This document shows positions 24,848-24,953 of a stretch of 24,953 nucleotides of DNA, piece after piece. Source of the DNA: a virus (taxonomy: Duplodnaviria; Caudoviricetes); IMG/VR virus record IMGVR_UViG_3300032212_000126, positions 1-24,953 of that record. One strand, 5' to 3'. The position numbers were made by a program, and so were the translations under genes. Each line of letters opens with the position of its first letter. Positions within the stretch are counted from its first letter, which is position 1. Under the pieces are notes generated by a model. The model saw nothing but the letters and a program-made list of their open reading frames with translations. It was not told the DNA's origin and did no database searches.

Positions 24848-24953
24848 ATGAGAAAAATTAGAATTTACTGCATATTGTTTTTTATCTTTATCGGCGGCCA
24901 GGCTTTCGCTGAAATCACACCTGGTCCAGCAGCTAAAAATCCAGGTGATCTTG
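24848..24953 (+). CDS. Probable host secreted protein, N-terminal fragment
   Basis: MRKIRIYCILFFIFIGGQAFA-EITPGPAAKNPGDL: signal peptide with AxA site; open to window end. Confidence 0.65.
   Translation, partial: MRKIRIYCILFFIFIGGQAFAEITPGPAAKNPGDL

Overview
Bases 1 to about 24828 are the central part and right arm of a transposable (Mu-like) prophage with a non-contractile tail. Leftward early operon: Ner-like regulator, two hypothetical genes, a DUF3102-like gene and a DDE transposase that runs off the left edge. It diverges from an XRE repressor. Next is an accessory region (orphan REC-ANTAR response regulator, gyrase-site-like tract, DUF4124-like secreted protein, small Cys/His protein, terminator). 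The rightward late operon follows: protease/scaffold, head cement, major capsid, a structured intergenic region, an 8-gene fibre-like cassette, neck genes, tail tube, tape measure, a 1224-aa tail protein, a hub protein and a terminal PPC/DVUA0089-like protein. A Mu-type right end (three related sites, terminal CA at 24828) lies 19 bp upstream of a probable host secreted-protein gene. All family assignments are by eye from motifs and synteny; no database searches were run.
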